Shown here: positions 47,837 through 58,101 of the stretch, in pieces | Position numbering within the stretch: the first letter of the stretch is position 1 | Layout of the letters: each line of letters opens with the position of its first letter | Virus record (IMG/VR): IMGVR_UViG_3300008108_000016 | Coordinates: 64,001-128,000 of that record | DNA: 64,000 nucleotides | Direction: 5' to 3' (one strand) | From: a virus | Notes under the pieces: model-generated | What the model was told of the DNA's origin: nothing | Seen by the model: only the letters and a program-made list of their open reading frames with translations | Database searches by the model: none | Made by a program: the position numbers and the translations under genes

Positions 47837-48492
47837 TGAATTATTTAAGTTTTAGTTTATGGGGTGACAATCTTCTTTATAATATAGGAGCCATAAGAAA
47901 TTCAGAACTGATAAAAACCATATACCCCGGATGGAAAATGATCGTTTATTATGATAACACCGTACCATCAGAAACAATTAAAGAATTGGAAAAAAATGAT
48001 GTTATATGTGTTGATAGTTCGGGAGTACCTTATGGGTGTTTTTGGCGTTTTTTCGCTTCTGACATAGAAGATGCCGAATATGTATGTTTTAGAGATTGCG
48101 ACTCAAGAATATCTGAAAGAGAATTTTTAGCTGTGCAAGAATGGATGAATAGTAAAAAACTAATACACGTAATGAGAGATCATCCCGCACATGGTGTCCC
48201 TTATGGTGCAAGTGGTTTAGGTATTTTAGCGGGTATGTGGGGTATTAAAGGTAAAATAATGGAAATGAGAAAAACTATAGAATCTTTTTTAAAGGATAAA
48301 ATAAATTATTACGGCATTGATCAAAATTTTTTACAACACATATATAAATTTTTTAAGGATAATAAATTCACACATGATGAATTTTTTGAGAAAAAACCAT
48401 TTCCAATAGGAAGAGTTAATGGTAGATTTGTTGGTGAACGAATTAGTATAAACGAAACCCCTGTAACGGAAGACTACAAAATATTATTATGA
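47836..48492 (+). CDS. Glycosyltransferase-like protein
   Basis: SFSLWG, FRDCDSR, MRDHPAH, ILAGMWG, DQNFL. Confidence 0.6.
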   Translation: MNYLSFSLWGDNLLYNIGAIRNSELIKTIYPGWKMIVYYDNTVPSETIKELEKNDVICVDSSGVPYGCFWRFFASDIEDAEYVCFRDCDSRISEREFLAVQEWMNSKKLIHVMRDHPAHGVPYGASGLGILAGMWGIKGKIMEMRKTIESFLKDKINYYGIDQNFLQHIYKFFKDNKFTHDEFFEKKPFPIGRVNGRFVGERISINETPVTEDYKILL

Positions 48493-49208
48493 AAATAGAT
48501 TACATAATTGTTAGTACCAATGATAATAATTTGTACAAAGATTTTTGGCCCGTAGTAAAAAAATTATGGTATGAATTGATTGGGATAAAACCTATTTTGG
48601 TTGAGATATGTGATACAAATGAAATAGTTGATTATGGTGATCATATCATACACAAAATAAAAAAAATAGAAGACATAGATACAGGATTTCAATCACAAAT
48701 AGCAAGAATGTACGTAACTAAGTTTTATCAAAATAGTGTCTGTTTGACATCAGATATTGATATGTTACCATTATGTAAGAATTATTTTGTTAATGATATA
48801 GAAGACATAGATAATGATAATTTAGTTATTTTTAGTTCTGATGCGTATCAAGGTGTTGTTAGATACCCAATATGTTACAACGCATCAAAAGGAAAGGTAT
48901 TCAATGACATTATGAAATTTGAAGACACTTTTGAGGAGTACTGTATAAAATTAAATGACATGGGGTTAGGTTGGGATACGGATGAGTTATATTTTGGAAA
49001 AATGGTTAACCTATATGAAAATCAATCAATAATTACTAAATTAAATCGTGGTTGGGAGTACGGAAGAGCAAAAAAAAGAATAGATAGAGTTTATTGGACA
49101 TATGATGAAAACGAATTAAAATCTCAAAATTATGTAGATTCTCACTCTTTACGCCCATATTCAAGATACAAAAATGAAATAGATAAATTAATAAACTTTT
49201 TAATATGA
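48489..49208 (+). CDS. Glycosyltransferase-like protein
   Basis: TSDIDM DxD motif and WDTDE; within the glycosylation operon. Confidence 0.5.
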   Translation: MKIDYIIVSTNDNNLYKDFWPVVKKLWYELIGIKPILVEICDTNEIVDYGDHIIHKIKKIEDIDTGFQSQIARMYVTKFYQNSVCLTSDIDMLPLCKNYFVNDIEDIDNDNLVIFSSDAYQGVVRYPICYNASKGKVFNDIMKFEDTFEEYCIKLNDMGLGWDTDELYFGKMVNLYENQSIITKLNRGWEYGRAKKRIDRVYWTYDENELKSQNYVDSHSLRPYSRYKNEIDKLINFLI

Positions 49209-49840
49209 AAATATTAATTTTAGTTCTTTCATATGACGATTCAGGAATATATACTGAATTTTATAAAACACAAAAACAAACGTGGGATAGTTTACCTGTT
49301 GAAGGTGTAGACACATATTACTATTTTGGTAATTCAGACGAGGAAAAAATAGACGGGAATAATATTTTTTTAGGGGTGAGGGAATCACTAATGAATTGTG
49401 CTCATAAAACAATAGACGCATTTAATTTAGTGAAGGATTTTGATTTTGACTTTATATTTAGAACAAATTCAAGCTCTTATGTTGACAAAAAACTTTTAAA
49501 AAAATACGTAGAAAATAAATCAAATCAGAATTTTTATTCAGGTATCATTGGGAATCACATGGGCATTCCTTTTTGCTCAGGATCTGGTTATTTTTTATCT
49601 AAGGACTTAGTTAAACTTATTATAAATAATAAGTCAGAAATAAACCATAATCTTATAGACGACGTTGCTTTTGGGAATTTTTTAAAAAATCAAAATATAG
49701 AATTTAAACAATCTGAAAGGTTTGATGTAATAAGTAATGATCACATACCTATGGATTATTTTCATTATAGATTAAAAACATCTCATAGACAAAATGATAT
49801 AAAAAATATGGAATTAATTTTTTTAAACAAATGCAAATAA
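49205..49840 (+). CDS. GT31-like glycosyltransferase
   Basis: FRTNSSSYV, FCSGSGYFLS, IDDVAFG. Confidence 0.65.
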   Translation: MKILILVLSYDDSGIYTEFYKTQKQTWDSLPVEGVDTYYYFGNSDEEKIDGNNIFLGVRESLMNCAHKTIDAFNLVKDFDFDFIFRTNSSSYVDKKLLKKYVENKSNQNFYSGIIGNHMGIPFCSGSGYFLSKDLVKLIINNKSEINHNLIDDVAFGNFLKNQNIEFKQSERFDVISNDHIPMDYFHYRLKTSHRQNDIKNMELIFLNKCK

Positions 49841-50595
49841 TTACAGGAAATAAATTTAAAAAAATATGTGACTATATCTTGGATGAAAAAGGATTCAATA
49901 AAACAGAAGTCACTAATGAAATACCTATTTATTTTGTAAAAACTGATTACTTACATTCATTTTTTACCACATATAAGCCCAACCATAAATATAAAATTAT
50001 TACACATAATAGTGACTATCCTATTGATATAAAATTTATGAATATATTAGAGGATGTAAATTTAGTGTACTGGTTCGGTCAAAATATTAATTTTGAACAC
50101 AAAAAATTAAAATCTATACCAATAGGGATTGCAAATGAAATGTGGGATCACGGTAATGAAGAGGTTTTATTAAAAATTATTAATCAAGATAATAAAAAAA
50201 GTAAAATAATTCATTGCTCGTTTGATATAAACACAAATAGATACGAAAGAACCCAATGTGTTAACTCAATGAATAGGAACAATTTAGTTATGAACCAAAG
50301 GGAAAAGTTTGAAGATTATTTAACATCTTTAAGTAATAGTTTTTTTACTTTAAGTCCTAATGGTAATGGTGTTGATTGTCATAAACTATGGGAATCATTA
50401 TATTTAAAAACTGTTCCTGTGGTTACTAAAAGTATTAATATTGATTTTTATAGACATTTACCTATCTATGTTATAGACTCATGGAGTCATTTCAATATTA
50501 ATGATTTAACAGAAGATTTGTATTATGATATAATAAAAAAACATAATATAGAAAAAATAAGTTTAGATTATTTTCTAAATAAAATAATTAAATAA
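49831..50595 (+). CDS. Exostosin/GT47-like protein
   Basis: THNSD, IPIGI, LSPNGNGVDCHKLWESLYLKTVPVV. Confidence 0.65.
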   Translation: MQIITGNKFKKICDYILDEKGFNKTEVTNEIPIYFVKTDYLHSFFTTYKPNHKYKIITHNSDYPIDIKFMNILEDVNLVYWFGQNINFEHKKLKSIPIGIANEMWDHGNEEVLLKIINQDNKKSKIIHCSFDINTNRYERTQCVNSMNRNNLVMNQREKFEDYLTSLSNSFFTLSPNGNGVDCHKLWESLYLKTVPVVTKSINIDFYRHLPIYVIDSWSHFNINDLTEDLYYDIIKKHNIEKISLDYFLNKIIK

Positions 50596-50602
50596 AATAT
50601 AA

Positions 50603-51184
50603 ATGGAAAAAATAAAGTTAATCTATGAAAATGAGTGTGTAATACCTTCTGATATTAATGAACATTTACCCACCTTACTAAAATACGCCAATGAATGCGA
50701 TCACATAACAGAAATGGGTGTTAGATGGGTTTCATCTACTTGGCCACTATTACTGTCTAACCCCAAAAAAATGATTAGTTATGATATAGTAAAACACCCT
50801 AAAATTGATGAGGTAATTGAGTTATCAAATGAATATAATTTAAATTATCAATTTATTGAGGATGACGTTCTAAAAACTAATATAGAAGAAACTGATTTAC
50901 TTTTTATAGATACCTTACATACATATAACCAATTAATTTGTGAATTAGAATTACACTCTGACAAATCTAAAAAATATATAATTTTACACGATACTACGTC
51001 ATTTGGTAGTGTTGACGAGGTAATATATAACCATGCTAGTTCAGATATTAAAAATTTAGAAACTAAAAAACAAGGACTGTGGACTGCAGTAATTGATTTT
51101 TTAGAGTCGGATAAAGGTAAAAATTGGCAGATTCACGAAAGACATATGAATAACAATGGATTAACAATTCTTAAAAGAAAATGA
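50603..51184 (+). CDS. Class I SAM methyltransferase
   Basis: TEMGVRWVSST, LFIDTLHTY, ILHDT, NNNGLTIL. Confidence 0.75.
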   Translation: MEKIKLIYENECVIPSDINEHLPTLLKYANECDHITEMGVRWVSSTWPLLLSNPKKMISYDIVKHPKIDEVIELSNEYNLNYQFIEDDVLKTNIEETDLLFIDTLHTYNQLICELELHSDKSKKYIILHDTTSFGSVDEVIYNHASSDIKNLETKKQGLWTAVIDFLESDKGKNWQIHERHMNNNGLTILKRK

Positions 51185-52002
51185 AAATTTTATTTATAAC
51201 AAAAGGAGATAGTCCAGATTATATGTCTGATATGGTTTTCCATGGGGGTAAGTCTATTTACGGTAATGATTTTTACGAATCAAATAAAGTTTGGTATATG
51301 TATGACGACTTAAAAAATAAACAAAATCTTTATGGAAGAGGGTTTACCATGTACGGTAAAGTACCATTTAAATTATTTAATGATATTTCTCAAAAAATTA
51401 CAGAAATGATTAGTGATAAATATTTTGACAAAATAATTTATGGTTCTGTTTGGAGGTGTATGGACTATTTTGATTTGGTAAAAAAAGTTTACAATAAAAA
51501 AGACGTATTACTTATTGATGGAGAAGATACTCCAGTCATCAAAGAAGACATTAAAAATTTTGGAAAATATTTTAAAAGAGAACTTTATCGTGATGACAAT
51601 GAACTTTACCCAATTAACTTTGGTGTACCTGAAGAACTCATATTAAATAATGTCGGAGAAAAAGTAAAAAAAATATCGGACATAGTACCAAATACTAATA
51701 GAAAGTATGTTTTTGATAATGAAAATGATTATTATAAAGAATATTCTAATTCGTGGTTTGCACACACAAGAAAAAAGGGGGGGTGGGATTGTTTAAGACA
51801 TTATGAAATTATGATGAATGGGTGTATTCCATTGTTTGAAAATTTAGATGCCTGCCCAAAAAACACTATGACGGACTTTCCTAAAAAAGAAGTTTTAAAA
51901 TTTATGAAAGAAGGGGAAAATATAGAAAATAACCAATATATTTTAGACTATACAAAAAATAGATTAACAACAAAAAAAATAATAAAAAAAATATTAGTAT
52001 GA
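51181..52002 (+). CDS. Glycosyltransferase-like protein (GT-B C-terminal type)
   Basis: IDGED, YFKRE, KKGGWDCLRHYEIMMNGCIP. Confidence 0.55.
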   Translation: MKILFITKGDSPDYMSDMVFHGGKSIYGNDFYESNKVWYMYDDLKNKQNLYGRGFTMYGKVPFKLFNDISQKITEMISDKYFDKIIYGSVWRCMDYFDLVKKVYNKKDVLLIDGEDTPVIKEDIKNFGKYFKRELYRDDNELYPINFGVPEELILNNVGEKVKKISDIVPNTNRKYVFDNENDYYKEYSNSWFAHTRKKGGWDCLRHYEIMMNGCIPLFENLDACPKNTMTDFPKKEVLKFMKEGENIENNQYILDYTKNRLTTKKIIKKILV

Positions 52003-52571
52003 AAAAAATAGTACAAATAGGAGCAAACAAAGGTAACGATGATTTAAGTCAAATTATAAAAAATGATCAACCTGAGATTTTAATACTTGTCGAACCAATG
52101 TTTCTACATAATGATAATTTAAAAAGCCACTATTCTTGGGTTAATAATTTATATATAGAAAATTTAATAATAAGTGACGTAAAATCCAATAATGTTGATT
52201 TTTATTACCATTTGGATGATGGTCCAGGGTTTGAGGTTGCTAGTGTTGATATTAATCACATAACTAAACATTACCCAAATACGGTGGATAAGATTGTTAA
52301 AACAAGTTTAGAATCTATAACTATAAATGAGTTATTTGAAAAACACAATTTATCAAAAATTGATATCCTTTTTATTGATGCAGAAGGTATTGATGATATC
52401 ATTATAAGATCTATAAATTTTTCTAAAGTAGAAGTTAATCAAATTTATTTTGAAAATTTACACATAAAAGATTTTGGAGTGTATGATTACTTAAAAAGTA
52501 TTGGTTACAAATTAACTATGAAAACTGGAAGTCATGGTTGGTGTTCATTAGCAGAAAAAATAAATAATTAA
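51999..52571 (+). CDS. FkbM-family methyltransferase
   Basis: VQIGANKG, LVEP, FIDAEGID. Confidence 0.8.
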   Translation: MKKIVQIGANKGNDDLSQIIKNDQPEILILVEPMFLHNDNLKSHYSWVNNLYIENLIISDVKSNNVDFYYHLDDGPGFEVASVDINHITKHYPNTVDKIVKTSLESITINELFEKHNLSKIDILFIDAEGIDDIIIRSINFSKVEVNQIYFENLHIKDFGVYDYLKSIGYKLTMKTGSHGWCSLAEKINN

Positions 52572-52581
52572 AATATAAAAT

Positions 52582-53193
52582 ATGTCAGCTCAAAATAACA
52601 TAGATAAAATAGTTTTAGAAATATTTGGTATTGATAAAACTTTTGTAGAAGCGGGTGGATCACACCCACAAGATCAAAACAACACACATCTTTTAGAAAA
52701 TCATGGATGGGTTGGATTGGTCGTTGAACCAAAAACGGATTTTAATATGATGTATAAAACATATAGATCTAAAACTATATTAGAAAATTATGTCTTAGTG
52801 AGTAATAAATATGAATATGATGAAATTGATGGTGACTTTTCTCACTATATGGTAGGTGGAGTTTTTAATAATCATTTATCTGGTACATGGAACCCAACTA
52901 AATATAAGTGTACAACATTAGATACGTTATTGTCTAAACATAATATTAATGAGGTACATTTTCTAAGTTTGGATGTTGAGGGGTATGAAAATGAAGTAAT
53001 TGAGGGAATAAACTTTGATAATACTTTCATACATCTTATAGTTGTTGAAATCCATAATTTTAATGGTGTGCCTACTAATTTTGATTACCTTACTAACTAT
53101 GGTTTTGAAAAGGTTAAATCTGTTGGTAACAACCATCATGATTTCTATATGAATATTAAAAGTGAATTTTACGAAAAATCAAAAACAATTTAA
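52582..53193 (+). CDS. FkbM-family methyltransferase
   Basis: FVEAGG, GWVGLVVEP, SLDVEGYE. Confidence 0.8.
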   Translation: MSAQNNIDKIVLEIFGIDKTFVEAGGSHPQDQNNTHLLENHGWVGLVVEPKTDFNMMYKTYRSKTILENYVLVSNKYEYDEIDGDFSHYMVGGVFNNHLSGTWNPTKYKCTTLDTLLSKHNINEVHFLSLDVEGYENEVIEGINFDNTFIHLIVVEIHNFNGVPTNFDYLTNYGFEKVKSVGNNHHDFYMNIKSEFYEKSKTI

Positions 53194-53195
53194 AA

Positions 53196-54233
53196 ATGAA
53201 AAAAATTTTAATTTTAGGTGGGGGTGGATTTATTGGAGGACACCTCTCCAAAAAGTTGAGTAACGAAGGAAATTTTGTAAGAGTAGTTGACATTAAAAAA
53301 CACGAATACTTTAATGAAAAAGAATTTTGTTCTGAATTTATACTGGGAGATTTAAGGGATCCACATTTTGTATCAACAATAATGTTTGCGCCAAATCAAA
53401 TATCCGTTGACGATAAAAAAAATTCATTTGATGAAGTTTACCAATTAGCAGCAGATATGGGGGGTGCGGGATATATTTTTACAGGAGAAAATGATGCAAA
53501 TGTTATGCACAATTCATCATTAATTAATTTAAATGTTGCTTACTATGCATCTAAATTTAATGTTAAGAAAGTTTTTTATTCTTCATCCGCTTGTATGTAT
53601 CCTGAACATAATCAGTTAGATACTGAAAACCCAAATTGTGAGGAATCATCCGCATATCCAGCAAATCCAGATAGTGAGTACGGATGGGAAAAATTATTTA
53701 GTGAAAGATTATATTTTGCCTTCATGAGAAATTATAAATTAGATGTTAGAGTTGCAAGATTTCATAATATCTTTGGACCTTACGGAACTTGGGGTGGGGG
53801 TAAGGAAAAGGCACCAGCCGCTATGTGTAGAAAAGTTGCAGAAACAGAAGATGGTGGTGAAATAGAAGTTTGGGGTGATGGCAATCAAACAAGATCATTT
53901 TTGTATATTGATGATTGTATTTCGTCAATTTTAAAAATGATGAACAGTGATTTTGTTGGACCAGTAAATATCGGATCAGAGGAAATGGTAACAATAAATG
54001 AATTGGCACAAATGACAATCTCAATATCAGGAAAAAATATAAAAATTAAAAATATTGATGGAAAAGATTTTTTTAATAAATATGGGTTTAAATGCCCTGT
54101 AGGGGTTAAAGGTAGAAATTCAGATAATAGATTATTTACCGAAAAAATAGGAGACCCTAATTATAATGATTTAATTGTTGGGTTAGAGAAAACATATAAA
54201 TGGATTAATAATGAAATATCTTCATTATCATAA
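53196..54233 (+). CDS. GDP-mannose 3,5-epimerase-like NAD-dependent epimerase
   Basis: GGGGFIG, QLAADMGGAG, SSACMYP, YGWEK, GKEKAPAA. Confidence 0.85.
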   Translation: MKKILILGGGGFIGGHLSKKLSNEGNFVRVVDIKKHEYFNEKEFCSEFILGDLRDPHFVSTIMFAPNQISVDDKKNSFDEVYQLAADMGGAGYIFTGENDANVMHNSSLINLNVAYYASKFNVKKVFYSSSACMYPEHNQLDTENPNCEESSAYPANPDSEYGWEKLFSERLYFAFMRNYKLDVRVARFHNIFGPYGTWGGGKEKAPAAMCRKVAETEDGGEIEVWGDGNQTRSFLYIDDCISSILKMMNSDFVGPVNIGSEEMVTINELAQMTISISGKNIKIKNIDGKDFFNKYGFKCPVGVKGRNSDNRLFTEKIGDPNYNDLIVGLEKTYKWINNEISSLS

Positions 54234-54237
54234 TACT

Positions 54238-55071
54238 ATGATAGAAAAAATAATAAATTTCACCCCAACAGGAACTCAAACAACCAGAACAAATTCATTT
54301 GCACCATTAACTCCTAATGAAATTATTGATGAGGTTCATGAGGCTTATGAGTTAGGTATAACTTTAACTCATATTCATGCTAGAGATCCATTAACTTTAG
54401 AAAACACATACAAAAAAAATGTGTATGAGGAAATTATAAATGGTATAAAAAAGTATTGTCCCGAGTTAAGTGTTTGTGTTTCTTTATCCGGAAGACGTTT
54501 TCCTGAATTTGAGAAAAGGTCGGAAGTACTTGAATTATACCCCGATATGGGATCACTTTCAATGTCGTCTTTAAATTTCCCGAAATCAGCATCTATTAAT
54601 GAACCTGATATGATTATTAAATTAATTAATAAAATGGAAGAATATGGTGTTATTCCTGAAATAGAATGTTTTGATTCAGGAATGTTAAATTATACAAATT
54701 ATTTAATAAAAAAAGAACTATTAAAACCACCATACTATATTAACACAATATTTGGTAATTTATTTAACTCACAATTAGAACCATCAACAATATCAACAAT
54801 TATTAATAACAAACCACAAAATTCACATATGTGTTTTGGTGGGATTGGTGATCATCAATTAAATTCAAATATTATGGGATTAATTTATGCGGATGGAATT
54901 AGGATAGGTCTTGAGGATAATCTATATTTTAAAAACAAAGAAAAAACAACAAACATTGATTTATTAAAAAGAATACATAGAATTATTAATGAAATGGGAT
55001 TATCTATCTTAACCCCATCAAATTTCAGAAAAAATGGATTTAAAAACAAATACAATAACAGTCTTAGGTAA
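54238..55071 (+). CDS. kce: Beta-keto acid cleavage enzyme (Kce/DUF849 family)
   Basis: INFTPTG, PLTPNEI, THIHAR, PEIECFD, IRIGLEDN; the ATG at 54238 is preferred. Confidence 0.8.
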   Translation: MIEKIINFTPTGTQTTRTNSFAPLTPNEIIDEVHEAYELGITLTHIHARDPLTLENTYKKNVYEEIINGIKKYCPELSVCVSLSGRRFPEFEKRSEVLELYPDMGSLSMSSLNFPKSASINEPDMIIKLINKMEEYGVIPEIECFDSGMLNYTNYLIKKELLKPPYYINTIFGNLFNSQLEPSTISTIINNKPQNSHMCFGGIGDHQLNSNIMGLIYADGIRIGLEDNLYFKNKEKTTNIDLLKRIHRIINEMGLSILTPSNFRKNGFKNKYNNSLR

Positions 55072-55684
55072 AAGTGATGCAACAATATCACTAATTTTGA
55101 ATAATTTAGAATCAAACAATCTTTTTCCAAAAATTGAAATTATAAATAATTTAAACCTTGAAGTTATCTATGATTTTAATAACCCAAATTTTCAAATAGA
55201 GATTAAAAATTACTTACAAAATACTCCATTGAATTACTGTTTAGGTGGTTATACCCCAAAAGTAAAAAAAACTCTATTTAATTATTTTAATTTACCTATT
55301 GATGGTTATGTAAATATTATACATAAATCATCTGAGATTGCATCAACAGTATCTTTAGGTTATGGAATTTTAATGAACGCATTGATATCAATTGCTCCTC
55401 ATACTAATATTGGTAATTTTGTCTCTATAAACGGACAAGTATTACTAGGACATCATGTTACTATAGATAATTTTGCAACATTAAACCCTAAAGTGTGTGT
55501 TGCGGGTCATTGTGAAATTGGAGAGGGATCAACAATTGGTATGGGGTCAAATGTGTTAAATGGTGTGAAAATAGGTAAAAATGTTGTGATCGGTGCGGGG
55601 TCTGTTGTTACTAAAGATATACCTGACAATGTTGTTGCCTACGGATCGCCTTGTAAAATAATAAGAGAAAATACTATCACATGA
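55034..55684 (+). CDS. Hexapeptide-repeat sugar acyltransferase (PglD/NeuD-like)
   Basis: NIIH, GHH, IGAGSVVTKDIP...AYGSPCK. Confidence 0.85.
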   Translation: MDLKTNTITVLGKSDATISLILNNLESNNLFPKIEIINNLNLEVIYDFNNPNFQIEIKNYLQNTPLNYCLGGYTPKVKKTLFNYFNLPIDGYVNIIHKSSEIASTVSLGYGILMNALISIAPHTNIGNFVSINGQVLLGHHVTIDNFATLNPKVCVAGHCEIGEGSTIGMGSNVLNGVKIGKNVVIGAGSVVTKDIPDNVVAYGSPCKIIRENTIT

Positions 55685-56787
55685 TTTCAGTATTTGGTTC
55701 AAAATATACTCAAGAAGATATTGACGGAGTAATAGAATGTTTAAAGAATGGTTGGACGGGAATTGGGTCAAATGTTAAAAAGTTTGAGTCAGAATTTAAA
55801 CAAAGATTAAATGTTGATAATTTTCTAATGGTAGACTCAGGATCTAACGCTTTATATTTGGCGTTAAAAAATTTAAACCTCCCTAAAGGATCTGAAGTTA
55901 TTTTACCATCATTTACTTGGGTTAGTTGTGCTCAATCAATTTTATTAAACGATTTAATTCCCGTTTTTTGTGATGTTGATCTATATACACAAAATGTAAC
56001 AGTTGATTTAATACAAGAAAAAATAACAGATAAAACATCAGCAATAATGATTGTTCATTATGCGGGATTACCTGTTGATATTAAACCTATTATTGAATTA
56101 GGTTATCCTGTAATAGAAGATACTGCCCATGCGGTTGACTCTAAAATAGATGATAAATATTGTGGAACATTTGGTGATGTTGGTATATGGAGTTTTGATT
56201 CCGTTAAAAATATTGCCGTTGGCGAAGGTGGGGGGATATATTTTAGAGATAAAAAAATGTCAGAAAAATCATTACAAATGAGGTATTGTGGTATTGGTTT
56301 CTCGGGATTCAATAATGCGCAAAATGATCCAAATAAAATATGGTGGGAATATAATATAACCACCCCAAATGTTAAAATGTTACCATCTGACATTGAGGGG
56401 TCATTAGCGTTAACACAATTAAAAAACTTACATTTAAATCAAAAAAGAAGAAAAGAAATTTGGGATTACTATCAAGAAAGTTTTAAAAATATAAATTTAA
56501 TAACTCCGACAGAGTGTAAAAAAAATGAAACCCATTCATATTTTACTTACTTCATACAAATGAATGAAAATATTAGAAATGAGGTTGCCAAAAATTTATT
56601 TGACCTTGGGATATACACAACTTTAAGATATCATCCTTTACATTTAAATCCAATTTATAAAACAAATGTTAGATTACATAATTCAGAAAAATTAAATAAA
56701 ACAGGTTTAAACATACCTTTACATCAAAACTTATCTGATGAGGATGTAAATTATGTATGTGATAAATTAAAAAAAATAATAAAATAA
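55681..56787 (+). CDS. DegT/DnrJ/EryC1/StrS PLP aminotransferase
   Basis: SGSNAL, VHYAG, IEDTAHA, SFDSVKNIAVGEGG. Confidence 0.9.
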   Translation: MISVFGSKYTQEDIDGVIECLKNGWTGIGSNVKKFESEFKQRLNVDNFLMVDSGSNALYLALKNLNLPKGSEVILPSFTWVSCAQSILLNDLIPVFCDVDLYTQNVTVDLIQEKITDKTSAIMIVHYAGLPVDIKPIIELGYPVIEDTAHAVDSKIDDKYCGTFGDVGIWSFDSVKNIAVGEGGGIYFRDKKMSEKSLQMRYCGIGFSGFNNAQNDPNKIWWEYNITTPNVKMLPSDIEGSLALTQLKNLHLNQKRRKEIWDYYQESFKNINLITPTECKKNETHSYFTYFIQMNENIRNEVAKNLFDLGIYTTLRYHPLHLNPIYKTNVRLHNSEKLNKTGLNIPLHQNLSDEDVNYVCDKLKKIIK

Positions 56788-57395
56788 TGCTACACATAAT
56801 TACACCTCTTTATAGATACGAAAATCTAACTCAACTATTTAGTTCAATTTATGCGAATGATGATATAACTTGGCATATCGCACATTCAAATAAAAAACCC
56901 TTACCTGAATTGGAATTTTTAAAAAGTAAAAATATAAAAATATATAGTGTGGATTGTTTAGATACAGATGCAACCAGTAAAAGAAATGAAGTATTAAAAA
57001 ATATCAAAAATGGATATTTTTGTTTTCTTGATGATGATACAATTTTCCACGAAAATATGTATATGAAATACCGTGAATGTGTTGATCACAATTTTGTTGG
57101 GATGATAATCGGAGAACAAATAGATAATGATGGGAAATTAAGATTGGTTGCAAGTAAACCTGTATTCCGTAGGATAGACACTGGAAATGTATTATGTCAT
57201 CATTCTTGTTTATCTGAATGTGAATGGCCAAGTGAATACATACCCGAAGTTAATCAGAAAGATTTTCTTTTTTGGGATTCTGTCTATAATTATTACAATA
57301 AAAAATGTGGTATTTGGAATCAACCAATAAGTTACTACAATAAATTATCAAAAATAGAAAATGACAACAAGAAAAAAACCAAGTCAAACAAATGA
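56787..57395 (+). CDS. GT-A glycosyltransferase
   Basis: IITP, KRN, FLDDD, IDTGN. Confidence 0.65.
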   Translation: MLHIITPLYRYENLTQLFSSIYANDDITWHIAHSNKKPLPELEFLKSKNIKIYSVDCLDTDATSKRNEVLKNIKNGYFCFLDDDTIFHENMYMKYRECVDHNFVGMIIGEQIDNDGKLRLVASKPVFRRIDTGNVLCHHSCLSECEWPSEYIPEVNQKDFLFWDSVYNYYNKKCGIWNQPISYYNKLSKIENDNKKKTKSNK

Positions 57396-58101
57396 ACAGG
57401 TTGAATCTAAACCCTTCTCAAGAAAAGATTTCATAAACTCAGTCATTAAGAAAAAACAAAAAAACAAATTTTTATCCACAAATCAAGAAGAATATTATAA
57501 CATTCTAAAAGACAATCAAATCACAATTTGTTCAGGACCTGCTGGTGTAGGTAAAAGTTATATATCAATGAAAGCCGCGGTAGATCTTTTATTAGATCCA
57601 AATAACGCATATGAAAAGATAATAATTGTAAGACCTGCAGTTGAGGCCGAAGAGAAATTAGGATCATTACCTGGTAACTTGGAGGAAAAATTGGATCCAT
57701 ATATTTTCCCATCTTATTATCTTTTAAATAAAATTATTGGTAAAGAAGCAAGAGAAGAATTAAAAAAGGCTGAAATAATTGAGGTGTTTGCATTGGCCTA
57801 TATGAGAGGTATGAACATTGATAATTCAATTTTAATATTTGAGGAAGCGCAAAATTCAACACCAAATCAAATGAAATTATTGTTAACAAGAATAGGATTC
57901 AACAGTAAGTTTTTCATATCAGGAGACTTAGAACAAACAGATAGATATAAAGATAAAAAACAATCGGGTCTATATGATGCATTACAAAGATTTAAAAATG
58001 TTAATGACATTGGAGTATATGATTTTAGAAACGCCAAAAACGTTAGAAATCCATTAATTGGTAAAATACTTGACAAATATGATGAAGAGAATAGGGATTG
58101 A
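57361..58101 (+). CDS. phoH: PhoH-family ATPase
   Basis: GPAGVGKS, RPAVE, LGSLPG, YMRG, EEAQN, GDLEQTD, VRNPLI. Confidence 0.93.
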   Translation: MTTRKKPSQTNEQVESKPFSRKDFINSVIKKKQKNKFLSTNQEEYYNILKDNQITICSGPAGVGKSYISMKAAVDLLLDPNNAYEKIIIVRPAVEAEEKLGSLPGNLEEKLDPYIFPSYYLLNKIIGKEAREELKKAEIIEVFALAYMRGMNIDNSILIFEEAQNSTPNQMKLLLTRIGFNSKFFISGDLEQTDRYKDKKQSGLYDALQRFKNVNDIGVYDFRNAKNVRNPLIGKILDKYDEENRD

